A stretch of 62,473 nucleotides of DNA, filler included, from Choristocarpus tenellus KU-1152 (lineage: Eukaryota; Protista; Phaeophyceae): NCBI GenBank assembly GCA_964200185.2. It is 8 parts of 8 records of this genome, joined end to end, with 100 filler letters (N's around TTAATTAATTAA, not from the genome) between each part and the next. Parts side by side here need not be neighbours in the genome. Positions count along the whole stretch, not along the records: positions 40,695 to 51,934 come from CAXNAD020002432.1; positions 52,035 to 55,186 come from CAXNAD020021937.1; positions 55,287 to 59,226 come from CAXNAD020017027.1; positions 59,327 to 62,473 come from CAXNAD020021979.1; 4 more parts are not named here. One strand, given 5' to 3'. Every line of letters begins with the position of its first letter. Position 1 is the stretch's first letter. The notes under the pieces are model-generated. The model was not told the DNA's origin and searched no databases. It saw nothing but the letters and a program-made list of their open reading frames with translations. Shown here piece after piece: positions 49,901 through 61,805 of the stretch. Made by a program: the position numbers and the translations under genes.

Positions 49901-51491
49901 GAGGAGCAACAAAATATGGAAAAAAATAGATACCAAAGAGTGAATGTACATGAAGGATGGTGATCTAAGATACATCACTTCTACTTCCTTCATTGCATAG
50001 TTAGTGAGATCTCAAACATCTAATGATGGGGTCTAGTGGCAACATCACTACTCCCAGCTATACTTCATATCACCAGAAGTTGTAGTGACAGGACAAGCAT
50101 TTGTCAGTATGTGATAAATGAATCGAATTGCATGCCCAGGATATTGACTGCACTTGAGGAATCAACAAGTGGATCCGAAAATACATCCAATTGCATAGTC
50201 ACCAAGATCAAGATACTTTTGCATAAAACTGCCACCTCGGTCCAAAGTGATGACTTCAAGCAGCAGTAGAGTCTTGTAAATATATATATATATAAAGATA
50301 TTTCGACCATACACTAAGCAAGAGTCACTCTTGGAGAATCACCCCTTTCATGCACCAGTATCTCATACCTTGCATTGTAACACCGAAATCGGTCACTTTC
50401 AATGTCAATGACAACGCTCCTACCTTGCTGACAGTATATAGTTTTCTCACCCATCTTTCTCGTCTGCTCTTCCATCCTTACCCTCACTGCAAAGCCCATT
50501 GACATCTGAAGAGAGATCACTTCTCTCCAAGAGATCTCTCACACCTTCCATCATCCTTGAAAATGTGTTCATTGTTGAGTTTTGTCATAATTTGGTGAGG
50601 TTTGAGCGCTTTTTGTTTAAATATGTCTCAGGGCTCTTGAGGTGTAGGTTTTGTGTTAGATAGAATGTGAAACTTCAACTTGATATTCACCCTGAAGTAC
50701 TCCACGCCTACATAGCATCACTGCTCTTCCAGGGCTCAAAAAGTAAAAAAATGGGAAACATTTCGTGATATGTGTTGAACAGTGAAATGTGAGGTCATTG
50801 TGTGCTGTCAGCAGAAGGGATCCGGGGAGGAATTCAAAACAAACCATCACACGTTATCATGGCTGAGTCTTGAAATAGAAAGGGCCCCCTTGTCATAGCT
50901 TCAAAGAGACTGCACAACCCATGCACATATTTTTTCGCGAAGGAAGAACGAACTGGAAACTCAAGATAAGATAGAGAAAACTTCAATTGAGGTGACTGGG
51001 GAGAATTATGTTACTGAATTAGTGTATGGATATCTAACACTAGACACTACGTACATGTTCTAAATCACAACAGTAGTAATCTCAAATTGGAGTACAAGTT
51101 CCTGGGCACCAGAGGTTCTCTCACAATTCGAAATTGAGTACGTAGAGTATCATCAGTCAAGATTATTGTTAATCTTGGCATTTAATTGTCAACATAAATG
51201 TTTTGTCATTGGATATCAACTTTTTTTTACAAGGAAGTGCTAAATAGATAAGGGGGAAGAAACAAATGGTGGGTGCACCTTGAAGAACAATAAGAGCATC
51301 TGTAATGCTCAAAGAGGGGTGGTGAATCACATCTGCTCGTATTTCTGAGCGGAGGGGCAAGGTTCCTAACAATACCTTGGGACAATGCGCATGCTGGCCC
51401 TCCGCCACTCTCCAAACCATAGGCAGGAGCAGCGGTTGTATAAAGCTGGATTTGACTCACATCGAAGAACAAACTTCAAATTTGTTGGGTC
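40919..51491 (-). CDS. DYNC2H1: Cytoplasmic dynein-2 (IFT dynein) heavy chain, internal fragment: AAA4 end, stalk/MTBD, AAA5 start
   Basis: Exons 51491-51376 (RCESNPALYNRCSCLWFGEW), 50505-50451, 49255-49170, 48565-48372 (IHESC..ATPMEYISFL), 47722-47597 (HLTAGLDKL), 46791-46651, 45945-45863 (QPVLDSAKQAVGQIK), 44688-44514 ([34 protein letters not shown]), 43798-43692 (AAAPLATWVKANIK), 43283-43200, 42874-42800, 41893-41699, 41069-40919 (STESQLLVWKGKGLPADDLSQ). Colinear with dynein-2 heavy chain as I recall it. One small exon between 51376 and 50505 was not resolved. Confidence 0.95.
42504..42690 (+). mobile_element. MITE family A copy 8 (internal deletion)
   Basis: Both TIRs present, about 70 bp deleted after the left TIR; flanks ACAA/ACAA; lies in a dynein intron. 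Confidence 0.88.
46248..46492 (+). mobile_element. MITE family A copy 9
   Basis: Left TIR partly deleted (GAGTGAA...), right TACCCTCTAAGGTACTTTGGCTC; TSD TTT/TTT. Confidence 0.88.
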
Positions 51492-51934
51492 CTGGAATCA
51501 TGGTATCCATAGTGAGGTGGTGGTGGTGATATGGGCAATATGGTAGATAAATCCATGAGAGGCTCGACTTTTTTTATTCTCAAGTACTACAGAGTACGAT
51601 TAATTGACATTTGACCAGTGATGAATCAGGCAAAGTGATTGGGGGGAAGGAAGAGGGGATGTTTCAAAGGAATGAGATTAGAGAGGCAAAGTAGAACTAC
51701 AAATGAAAGCATGGAGAAACTGCAGGCTCAATTTAGGAATGCATAGCAATGATTTTCTGTGTTCTGGATTTGTGGCAATATACCTTTCTGGAACTAGTGC
51801 TCAAATTGTGACTTGGTCATTGCAGTATCCTAGTGACCCAAAGTATCTGGGGGGGGGGGGCGGGGGGGGTCTACACCAGGGGGTCCATTTGGGGCAAAAT
51901 CCGGGAGAGTGCATTCACATTATCCATCCGATAT

Positions 51935-52034
51935 NNNNNNNNNNNNNNNNNNNNNNNNNNNNNNNNNNNNNNNNNNNNTTAATTAATTAANNNNNNNNNN
52001 NNNNNNNNNNNNNNNNNNNNNNNNNNNNNNNNNN
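51935..52034. other. Artificial contig spacer
   Basis: N44-TTAATTAATTAA-N44. Confidence 0.98.
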
Positions 52035-52250
52035 CCCCCCCAGATGCTTTGAGTCAATACCAAAGTGAGCTAACCCTAACCCTAACCCTAACCCCCTTTA
52101 AAAAAATTGTCCCGCTACTGGCGTGACCGTTACAATATCGATTGTATACGTATCCTGTGGATTGTGTTACAACTCACATCACTCTTGCCAATTTTTGTGT
52201 TGTGTGTGTGTGTATGTGTTGGGGGTTTTGTGCTTTTTTTTAATTTATAG

Positions 52251-52436
52251 GACGTGGTGGAAACTACTTTGGCCCTCGACAACTTCAAGCGGGCGTGTGA
52301 CTGCGGGAGGGGGGCAGTTTTTTTCTCCGTGGCCAGGGGAAAGGTGCTTCTTCTTTTTCTTCTTTTGTTCTTTGTTATGAGGAACAGTTTTAGTAGAGTA
52401 CACTATTTCGTTACATGTTTGCTTACATACACACAT

Positions 52437-52470
<34 letters not shown>

Positions 52471-54108
52471 TTATTCATTCTATTTTTTTTAATTAGGGTT
52501 GGGGGACTCTGTCGTGATTCGTAGGTCGGTTCTTATTCTCGACGAGCAGGGAAGAAAAAAAAATGCAAAAACGAAAAAAGAAATAAATTTTATTTTGTTT
52601 TGGTTGATGAACGCAGTAAAAAAAAATTGAGCGAATGAAGAGTGTTAACGATTTTTTTTATGTATACCTGTGGGTGTTGTCGATGTCAATCATGACCAGT
52701 TTTTTTTTTCAAGTATATCTAGTGTTAGAAAAAAAAAATGTAGTGAAAAAAATATATATATATTTATATATATATATATTTGGAGTGGTAAAGAAAGCTC
52801 TGCCATTAAGTCTAATTAGATCTCCAAACGATACTTTTGTGTTTTTTATTGAACCTTTTTTTTAATTACGTGATTCTAAGGTCGGAATATTTCTTGGGGT
52901 GGGACAGCCTTTCCACTCACAGGCAAGGACATGTGGTTGATTTCTCATTCCAAAACAGCACTGCCTGTTGGGGCACTCCAGCAGGAACTATCTTAAAAAC
53001 ACTTACACTCTCAACTTTGATTTTAAGAAATCTGATCATTCTCAACCCCCGCCACAACCCTAACCCTAACTAGCCTCATAATGTTCATTTTTTTCTCTCC
53101 CTAACACAGCCCTGATCCTAATCTTGTCCTTGTTTTTCTTGTTACTGTTTTTTTTCACCCAAAACCGCACAACCCTAACCCTAACCTTTTTTTGAACAAG
53201 GGTAACTCCAAATCTACAATCTCACTGTACAACCCTAACCCTAACACTATTAACTCTTTTCCCACTTTTGGGGGGGCCCTACCACACAAGTCAGTCAACT
53301 CGTATGTCTAAAAAGCTTGATACCCCCATCAGTAAACGCTGTAATCAAACTCTTAACCCCTTTGTACTTTCAAGCTACTGATTCTGCTTGGTATCAATAT
53401 TTGCAACTACCTAACTCCACATTAACGCACTTGGGCTCTGACCACAAGCTACAATCAATCTACTCCTGCAGCTTCTACTTCTACTTTCTCCTTGTTCAAT
53501 GAAACATCTCAGTGCCCCTTTTTTAAGGACTCTCTCAATGAAACCCCCCTTGGGTCGCTGGGAGAGGCTCAAATAGTTGTGTGTGTGTGTGTGTGTGTGT
53601 ATGTGTGTGCTTGCTATGTGCAGGTTATGTGCTTATCATGTGCTTAGTATGTGCTGATGGGAGTGATAGATGAATATTTGCCGCCAGTGTTTCTTTCCTG
53701 CCCTTGAATAATTTCTGTTAACACTCCTGCTGCTTCTCTATGAATATAGCATTTGTTGCACCAGAGAGAACTAGAACGTGACCTTTTTTTGTTTTATTGC
53801 TCTCATTAATGTTCTGTTATTGTTTTTGTTGTTCTCATTGGCGTTCAATTTTTATTCTCATTAATGTTCTGTTATTATTTTTTGTTGTTCTCATTGGCGT
53901 TCAAATATTATTCTCATTATCTTTATTGTTCTGTTATTGTTTTGTTGTTCTCATTGGCGTTCAATTATTATTCTCATTATCTTTATTGTTCTGTTATTGT
54001 TCTGTTGTTCTCTTTTGCGTTCAATTATTATTCTCATTATATTTATTATTCTCATTAGTGTCTTGTTACTATTTTTTTCTAATTGTTCATTTGCTCTGAT
54101 GTTTCTTT

Positions 54109-54139
<31 letters not shown>

Positions 54140-54317
54140 ATGTATGTATGTGTGTTTGTTTGTTTGTTTGTTTGTTTGTTTGTTTGTGTAGGTCGCAGAG
54201 GGTATTGATTTTGACAGGCACTATGGGAGATGCGTGGTGATGTTTGGAGTGCCCTTCCAGTACACACGTAGCCATGTCCTCAGAGCTCGGTTGGAGTATC
54301 TCAGGGCTACATTCCAG
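52251..54317 (+). CDS. ERCC2: TFIIH helicase XPD/Rad3, two internal exons (helicase domain 2)
   Basis: Exons 52251-52343 ([31 protein letters not shown]) and 54192-54317 ([42 protein letters not shown]): the diagnostic SVARGKVxEGIDF motif. Confidence 0.95.
53791..54057. repeat. 60-bp T-rich tandem repeat (about 4.5 copies) in the XPD intron
   Basis: Unit about TTTGTTGTTCTCATTGGCGTTCAATTATTATTCTCATTATCTTTATTGTTCTGTTATTGT; consecutive 60-nt lines align. Confidence 0.9.
54109..54187. repeat. Compound microsatellite (GC)n(GT)n(ATGT)n(TTTG)n abutting the XPD acceptor
   Basis: Directly visible. Confidence 0.9.
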
Positions 54318-55186
54318 GTACGCACACGGTGGGGTGTGTGACTGGGTCGATTGTTGGATTGGATGGGTCTGCGTACGGGAATATGTTATTTAATTATTTT
54401 TTAGAATATGTTATTCAGGTTTCAGTTTTAATTATTTTTTACATTGATGATGATGGTAGTGGTGGTAGTAATAATAATAATGTATTTTTTTGTATGGGTG
54501 AAGGGGCAGTCTCTCTGTGTATGTGTGCTTGTAATTCTAAGTAGGGTTAGGGTTAGGGTGTAGGAAGACGTGAAGCAGGGTTAGTTAGGGTTTGGCTTGG
54601 TGCGTTAGGGTTGTAGCTTTTGTGTTTTTTTCTTCATCCAAGACCAGTTGAATTGAGTTTTTTCATGTGCAGTTTCTTGCGCCCTCGACATCTGTCAAAT
54701 GATACAATTTTAACTTGAGTATACAAAGTAGAAGAGCGTTGCAGTCTTTGCTCTATTTGTATACATGGAAGGCTTGTCTGTTCACGTCATTTTTTTGTGT
54801 TTTTTTATTTTACAGTGGACATGTACTAATAATAATACTATTAATACCAGCAGTGCACAGGATGTATGTGCACTGCTAGTACATAATGTTTATTCTTTTT
54901 CATTCAGTAAATTTACACGTTTACAAAACTTACACTGTATACTGTTGGATGATACAATCTGATTGGGGGCGCTTCACAACAACAAAAAAAAAAAAATCAA
55001 GACTATAATATGCTATGCTTAAGATATAAATCTGAACAGATTCGTATTATTCTCCAAGTAATTCTTTTTTTTTCAAGTGTTTTTGTTTTTTTTTCTCATT
55101 CCCCATCAACCCTTCTGCCCCCCCCCTCCCCAGCTGACTCCCTCCGTTTGAGTGTAAGTTGTTCAGGGAGTGAAGGTCTACAAGAT

Positions 55187-55286
55187 NNNNNNNNNNNNNN
55201 NNNNNNNNNNNNNNNNNNNNNNNNNNNNNNTTAATTAATTAANNNNNNNNNNNNNNNNNNNNNNNNNNNNNNNNNNNNNNNNNNNN
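55187..55286. other. Artificial contig spacer
   Basis: N44-TTAATTAATTAA-N44. Confidence 0.98.
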
Positions 55287-55439
55287 TGAGTTATGTGTTG
55301 TGTTTTGAGTTATGTGTTGTGTTTTGAGTTATGTGTTGTGTTTTGAGTTATGTGTTGTGTTTTGAGTTATGTGTTGTGTTTTGAGTTATGTGTTGTGTTT
55401 TGAGTTATGTGTTGTGTTTTGAGTTATGTGTTTTGAGTT
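55287..55439. repeat. Perfect 19-bp tandem repeat TGAGTTATGTGTTGTGTTT (at least 7 copies, runs into the gap)
   Basis: Directly visible at the contig start. Confidence 0.95.
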
Positions 55440-56584
55440 CAGCCCCTCTAGCCAGGATTGTTGCTCGGATCCTGTTGTTTTACACAAGTTTTCCCAAGAA
55501 GTGTATATTCCAAAACTGACTGGTAGGGAAGAAAAGGTCGTAGCACATGCATTTGCTCTCCTGTGGAAGTAATCGTACCTATAATTGTCCTTTTGCAGTC
55601 TTTTTTTTTTAATACAATTAATCTATTGAGCCTTCTTTCGTAATATGGCACAAGAAAATAGTTTGTTTTTCTATTGTTCACTATATACAAGGATAACTGG
55701 AAGAAAAACGTCAGTGCAGTTAGTTGTACGGGCACATATTTTGTTGAGACTACATAATTTCACTTCTCTCCCTGGTATTTCACACCTTAATGAAGTTGCT
55801 GTGATTGAATTAGATAAAAATGTGGAAACATTGACTTTAGTACAGGCATTAGAAGCTAAGTTTGAACCGTAATGACACCAAGTCTTAATTCATATATCCT
55901 CGTTGGTTGAACCTCCTGCGACAAAGCAATGATGCTAATTCACACATTGGACAGATTAAGGTTAGGGATGGACTCATTGCTTGTGTTGCCCTACTACTCT
56001 CGGTCAAATTTTCACTGCAATGCCTGTTTTCAAGGACAATCTTCGAATTTTGGAGGTGTTCCTTCTTCATATTGTCTGCTGTCCAAGGACAAGACTAAGC
56101 CACTTGCTCTGTTTTCATCAAATGCGTTGTACCAGACAACATTTGGAGTCTGTTTGCTCAATGTTGACTGTTGTCAAGAAAACCTCTTGAGACCTTTAGC
56201 TATATAATATCTGTTTCATCGACAATTATCTGTGGTGTACATAGGAAATAAACGGCCAAGTTGTGATATGGGAGCACTGCACCTATCCTATTGTAGATAG
56301 GAGCTCCTCTCAGTCCCCTTGCCCAAATATCTGGCCATATTTCTAAACTGGGCTTGACACAAGCTGATGATAGGTGTAACTGCCAACAGAACAAATGCAC
56401 GCAGAAACCCTACACATACATAAATCCTTCATAAACCCAAGAGGAACACAACAGGACTATATTATAAATTTGTTTCCACGAATTTTCTTCTTTTTCGAAT
56501 TCTAACCCGGACTTGATAGATATACTTCGAAGCATGCATATATATATATATTTATATGCAACTCCCCGAAAAACGAGTCACTCA

Positions 56585-58087
56585 CGTTCTCAATCTCCCT
56601 TCGGTTTTCTCCAAGTGCTGTCTTGCCTTCTTCTGTCGGAAGTACAGATCAGGGTTAGAGCCATTCTCATCATTGTCATAATGGTGATTCAGACTTTGTC
56701 ACAAAACGGGAGAATCAAACATCACCCTTTTGATTTCCTTCAGATATAATGTCGTGTATCATCTTGTAGTTATATGTGAGAATATACATAGGTTAGGACC
56801 AAAGACTGCTTATAGGGTTAGGGTGGTAAAAAAGTAATTGCCTCTTCACCAAATGGTACTGCAAGAAGTAAGGATATTAATATACTCAGGAGAATATATA
56901 TATGAATATGTTACATTATTGTCCATCAAGCTAGTCCCAATCAATGCTTTGTACACCAAGCTAGCCCATACCCTATGGCATAGCATGGACAGCCTATTTA
57001 TACATAGACCAGACTAGTTCTATCCCTGAACTCTCTGGTACACAGAGCAATATATGTACACACAAAGCTAATCCTAACTGGTGCATTAGCACAGTCAGCT
57101 TATACTTACTTTCACTGAGAGTTAATCCCAACCCTAGGAAACATAATTTTTCGAACAACCGCAAGTCCTTCTCCTCCAACAAGTAAATGGTTGGTTTTTA
57201 CGCACTCTGAATATTTGCAGTTTGCTCTTGCATCTACTAGAAGAAATAGTCCTAGCCCTATCCCTAATCTGAAACCTCATGTCGCAAGAATCTCATCATC
57301 CCGAACGCACACACTCACCCTAACACCCAAGTCCTAATCTACTCCAGTATTACATAAGAGAAGAATCAGTACATAAATATGCATCACATTTCATGTTTTT
57401 CTTTGAGTTAGGGTTAGGGACATACGTGGCGGAGAACTTCGAAATGGAACCTTTTCATTGGAGGGTCAATCACGAGAGGAGAAAGACTCTATGTATATGG
57501 AAAGATATGCTTTGCTAGAGATCACCAGCTATAATGTATTGTTAAGTTTGTAGATTTAGCTTTGAACCATCAGTGCAAAATAACTTTGAACTGCACCGGG
57601 ACCGCAAATGCACCTGAGCTTCGATTTTCCTGAGAAATTGGAGATTCCCACCAATAGATGTGGGGGGTTCAACAGGTTGAGTAAAGAGGCAAATTTTTCA
57701 CCACTCACCCTATATTCAAACGTCAGCATACCATTGATGGGCAGCATTTCTCGTCTAAACCCTAACCCAACCAACCCTAACCTAAGAATACTGCACACTT
57801 TTTCCTTGCAATCTTCACCACCCCAGAATAAATGCTGTGTGTAGACAATGTTGACACCATGAGGATCAGAGTTAGAGTTAGGGTTAGGTTCAGGGTCAGG
57901 GTCAGGGTCAGGGTTGGGGTGAGCGCTTCATCACCTGGTAGAACAGCAGAGCAATCTCATTTAATCCCTTGGAGAGGGACTCTTCTGATGTACTGCAGTC
58001 GTGCACCTTCGGATTTTCTTCTTGTGTTATCCTGATGGATTTTTCACCGAGCCATTTGTTTCGGGGGCAGTTTGCCAGTCTTCCGTA
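56585..58087 (-). CDS. Possible exons of an unidentified gene
   Basis: AG/GT-bounded open segments about 58087-57935 (YGRLANCPRNKW...GLNEIALLFYQ) and about 56693-56585 (LNHHYDNDENGSNPDLYFRQKKARQHLEKTEGRLR). No family recognised and phase chain incomplete. Confidence 0.3.
57864..57919 (+). repeat. Degenerate telomere-like hexamer tract (TTAGAG/TTAGGG/TCAGGG)
   Basis: agagttagagttagggttaggttcagggtcagggtcagggtcagggttgggg. Confidence 0.85.
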
Positions 58088-58282
58088 CTGCTCAAGAAAG
58101 TGAGGTAAAGACATAGGGTTAGGAGTATAGCCTCAGGTTTTGCAGGTTATGGTCAGGAATACCAACAGCAAAACGGGCAGGAGTTTAGATAAATTATCTA
58201 TAAGAGCAATCAACCTAACTTGTGCCTAGTTCTAGAGAAATGAAAAATAATGTTCTGTGGTTGAATAAAATAAGATAGCATG

Positions 58283-58540
58283 GAGTGAAAGTATCTTAGA
58301 GGGTACGAGTTTTTCCCTTTTTGTCATTTTGGGGCTTGGCTTCCCTCGAAGGTTTTATGACATTTTCCTATTCCAAAATATTTAGGAGTAGGCAAAATGT
58401 TTACGTTATCAAAAGGTGTGTCCGCAACAACGATATTGGCAATACCTAATAAACACGACAGCAAAAATTTCATCAAAATCGCAACTTTGGATTTTGGTCC
58501 CCAAATGGACGCAGCTCTACCCTCTAAGAAAATTTAGCTC
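58283..58540 (+). mobile_element. MITE family A copy 10
   Basis: GAGTGAAAGTATCTTAGAGGGTACG ... TACCCTCTAAGAAAATTTAGCTC; TSD ATG/ATG. Confidence 0.9.
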
Positions 58541-59226
58541 ATGGAGAAATTTATGAGCAATTATACCTCAACGATACAAAAAAATATTCTAAACAGTATA
58601 GAAGTAGTTGCAGCTTTTAATATTTTGCTTCAAGGAATTTAGGGAAGGAATCAAGACTTACTCCATATATTGCTGTTTGAGAGCTCTGGGAAAATCAATG
58701 TACATTCTTGACTAGTAACTACAATGCATATATATATATATTTCAATTAACACATGGACAATCCTTGGCACATTCTCCTTCCTACAGTTTGGAGCGCCTA
58801 GTTTTCCTGAATTGTAGCATTCTCATTTGATGATGGAAATCGTGACCAGTGCTGATTTGTCGAATTCTACAGCTCCTCAGGAAAACAATCTGCCAATGTT
58901 TGGCCCGTAGTATCTTAGAGGAGGGGGGATTTATCCCAAACCTTCTATTGGGCTGAGGGTTGGGTGTGTGTATAATACCCCAGTTTGAGGCCTATTTTGT
59001 GGGAGATTTTTCTTCAGACTTAGTTCTGGCAGGGGGATGGGAAAGGAAGGTGCATCCAGATGAAGGAAATAGCCTTGGTATCTGACACAGTCACTCAGGT
59101 GATATCTGAAAAAAGTCCTGAAGGTGCTCAAATTATCTGGGGGGGGGGGGGGGGGGGCCACAACGGGGCGCCTTTTCAGGCCCCCACCCGGGGAAGGGTA
59201 AGTCACAACTCCCCCAGCCGTAACCA

Positions 59227-59326
59227 NNNNNNNNNNNNNNNNNNNNNNNNNNNNNNNNNNNNNNNNNNNNTTAATTAATTAANNNNNNNNNNNNNNNNNN
59301 NNNNNNNNNNNNNNNNNNNNNNNNNN
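59227..59326. other. Artificial contig spacer
   Basis: N44-TTAATTAATTAA-N44. Confidence 0.98.
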
Positions 59327-59791
59327 CTCTGACATTTTGCAGATGTGTCAGGGGGAAATCAATGAAAACTATCAAAATATGTATATATAATATGTCCTCA
59401 ACATAAGAATACTATAAGACAATGCGTGGAAGCCACTAATCAGTTACTTCACCACTGTCAAATACCGTACTACTGTCGTCCTATTTATATATCTATATAT
59501 TGTTCTGTCGTTGTGATTCGTGTCAATATCACAATTCACTCACTACTGAAGAAGTATACAGGATACCAAATTAACCAACCAATGAAATCCAGACCGAATT
59601 TATGCACACCAGTAATAACAAACCAAGTCAGAAGACTGAGGGCCTCTTGAAACATAATCACACAGATTTTCCATTTTTCCCGTTTCTTTGTTTGTTCTCC
59701 ATATATAGTGTTGTGTTGCGTTTGGGGAAGCACATTGAGGTAGAGTGCAAGGAGAGGAGAAGCAGGGTTGGGCCAGGGATAGAGTGAGACA

Positions 59792-61704
59792 ATGGTTCCT
59801 AGCCTAGTTGCCGCCGTCTTTCCATTGTTGGTTCTCCTCATTGGCTTGTCGCCTTCTGTAGCGGTCATCCCGACCTCAATGGTGGAAGTATCGACGGGAT
59901 ACATTGCATTCGCGTCCCCAGCCTGGTTTGGACCACAGGTTCCGGAAAAGGGACAATCAAGCTGGTTGACTGTTCTCATGCCGACCAGCTCAGCTGATGC
60001 GTGTGAAGAGGTCGAGGTGGATGTACCGGAAGAGGGAGAAGATTTCTACCTTTTATCCGACCGTGGCAATTGTGCGTTCGAAGCTAAGGCTATTGCTGCC
60101 GAGGCCGTGGGGGCTAAGGGACTCTTGGTCATGAACTCGTTGGAGGGTATCTACCAGGTTTGTGAGTGTAGGTGGACCGAGTAGAGTACCGGACCCTTTT
60201 AAATAGTCCCCACTGCCTTGCCTACTCACACAACCTGTCACGGTTACCTATCATCCACTCCCCCCTATTCAAATTGGACAGGGCAATAGTGTAGCTGTGG
60301 ATAAATTGGACTATGAGTGCTCGAACGGTGAGGGATGGGTTGCGGAGCTTGCTTCCCCTGTGTGGAGCACGGAAAACACAGATGTAGCCTGTACATCGAA
60401 CCCAAGTTGCTCTTCCCAGGTTTGCGTTGTTACCAACACAACTGACTCCACTCTGGGGCATAAGGTGCGTTTTTCACCTTCTTCTCTCGAAGAACGACCT
60501 TTTGACACGTTTCTTTCAGATTGCACCAAAAAAAGCAAGGGGCCTGTTGTTGCCTATCTGTTGCATTGCTCTTGAAATTGTTTTCCTTACGCCACGTAAA
60601 GCAAGGGGGGCTGGAGTCTCCAATGCATATTCACCCCAAGAGCGTACTTGCTTGCCCACCCTCCAAGATCGAACTGGGAATGAAGGAGGAAGGCTTATTT
60701 TGGTGGATGCTGACGACCCTTTCTACAATAGTAATGTTGATAGGATGGAGTTTTGAACGCGAGAGCAATAGAAGCAATGTCTAGAGTTTTTTTCTCCAGG
60801 AAAGAAAACTACCCATGTTATTGCACGCCTGCCCATTATTTTGGTACCAAATCGTTGCTGGAGACGAACCTATCTCACAGAGTAGCTCACCTCTTTCTTA
60901 AACCCGATGCTGACGATTTGCGCCAAGTCAAACTCGAGAGTAGTGTTCGTGCTAGAAAGGATACTCTGAGGGAGGGATATATTTTGGTCTTCAAGTTGCA
61001 GAAGGCCCCCGATTTCTCACAGAATTTGATCTTGTCACCGTTTAATTGTGGCGGGGTTAATATGATAGTATGCAAAATTGTTGACAGTACAAGCCAATCC
61101 ACAGAGGCCTTGCTGACTTTTTTCACAGTCATAATGCACCATACTACCAAACCACGACCATATTTACATCTATGTTAGAAATCAGGGAATCACGTCATCT
61201 TTTCTATTACCTATCACTTGTTATTATTGATTTACTCTGTTTTGCCCATGCCCTATTATACATACGGGTGTGCTTTCTTTAGAGCGGTGAGGTACACTAT
61301 TCGATAGTTTGGTAGTAGCTGTTGTGGTGAAAGGGTCATGTTAGTCCATGGCCTAATGTTACGGGTTTGGTGTACCCTCCTTCCACATGAAGAGAAAATT
61401 GTTTGTCAAACTCTCCCTTTCACCATGCCTTGTTCCGCCTGCTCTGTCATGGCTAAACACTTACATATGATAGGCTATTCATTGTTTTGATGTAGGTTTT
61501 GGTTGCTGCTGCCCGTAAATGCTTCAGAAGGCTCCCGGGTTGCACCTCCCGATGTCTTCAGAAGTGATGCTTTTGCTTAGTTGACCACAACCTCTATTTT
61601 TGGAAAGAGTTCTTTTGATTGGTTGATTCCTGCCTCTCTTTTTGAAATGACTGCTTTTCATTCGTCGGCCACTACCTCTATTTAAAGAGAGAGAGAGAGG
61701 GAGA

Positions 61705-61745
<41 letters not shown>

Positions 61746-61752
61746 GGAGAGA

Positions 61753-61805
<53 letters not shown>

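Noticed and set aside
53797-54191. Hydrophobic membrane-protein-like ORFs
   Set aside because: Translation of a T-rich 60-bp tandem repeat within the XPD intron.
20340-59326. Recurrent TTAATTAATTAA palindrome within N runs
   Set aside because: Identical 100-bp synthetic six-frame-stop spacer between contigs; not biological, and it removes any gene-cluster interpretation across gaps.
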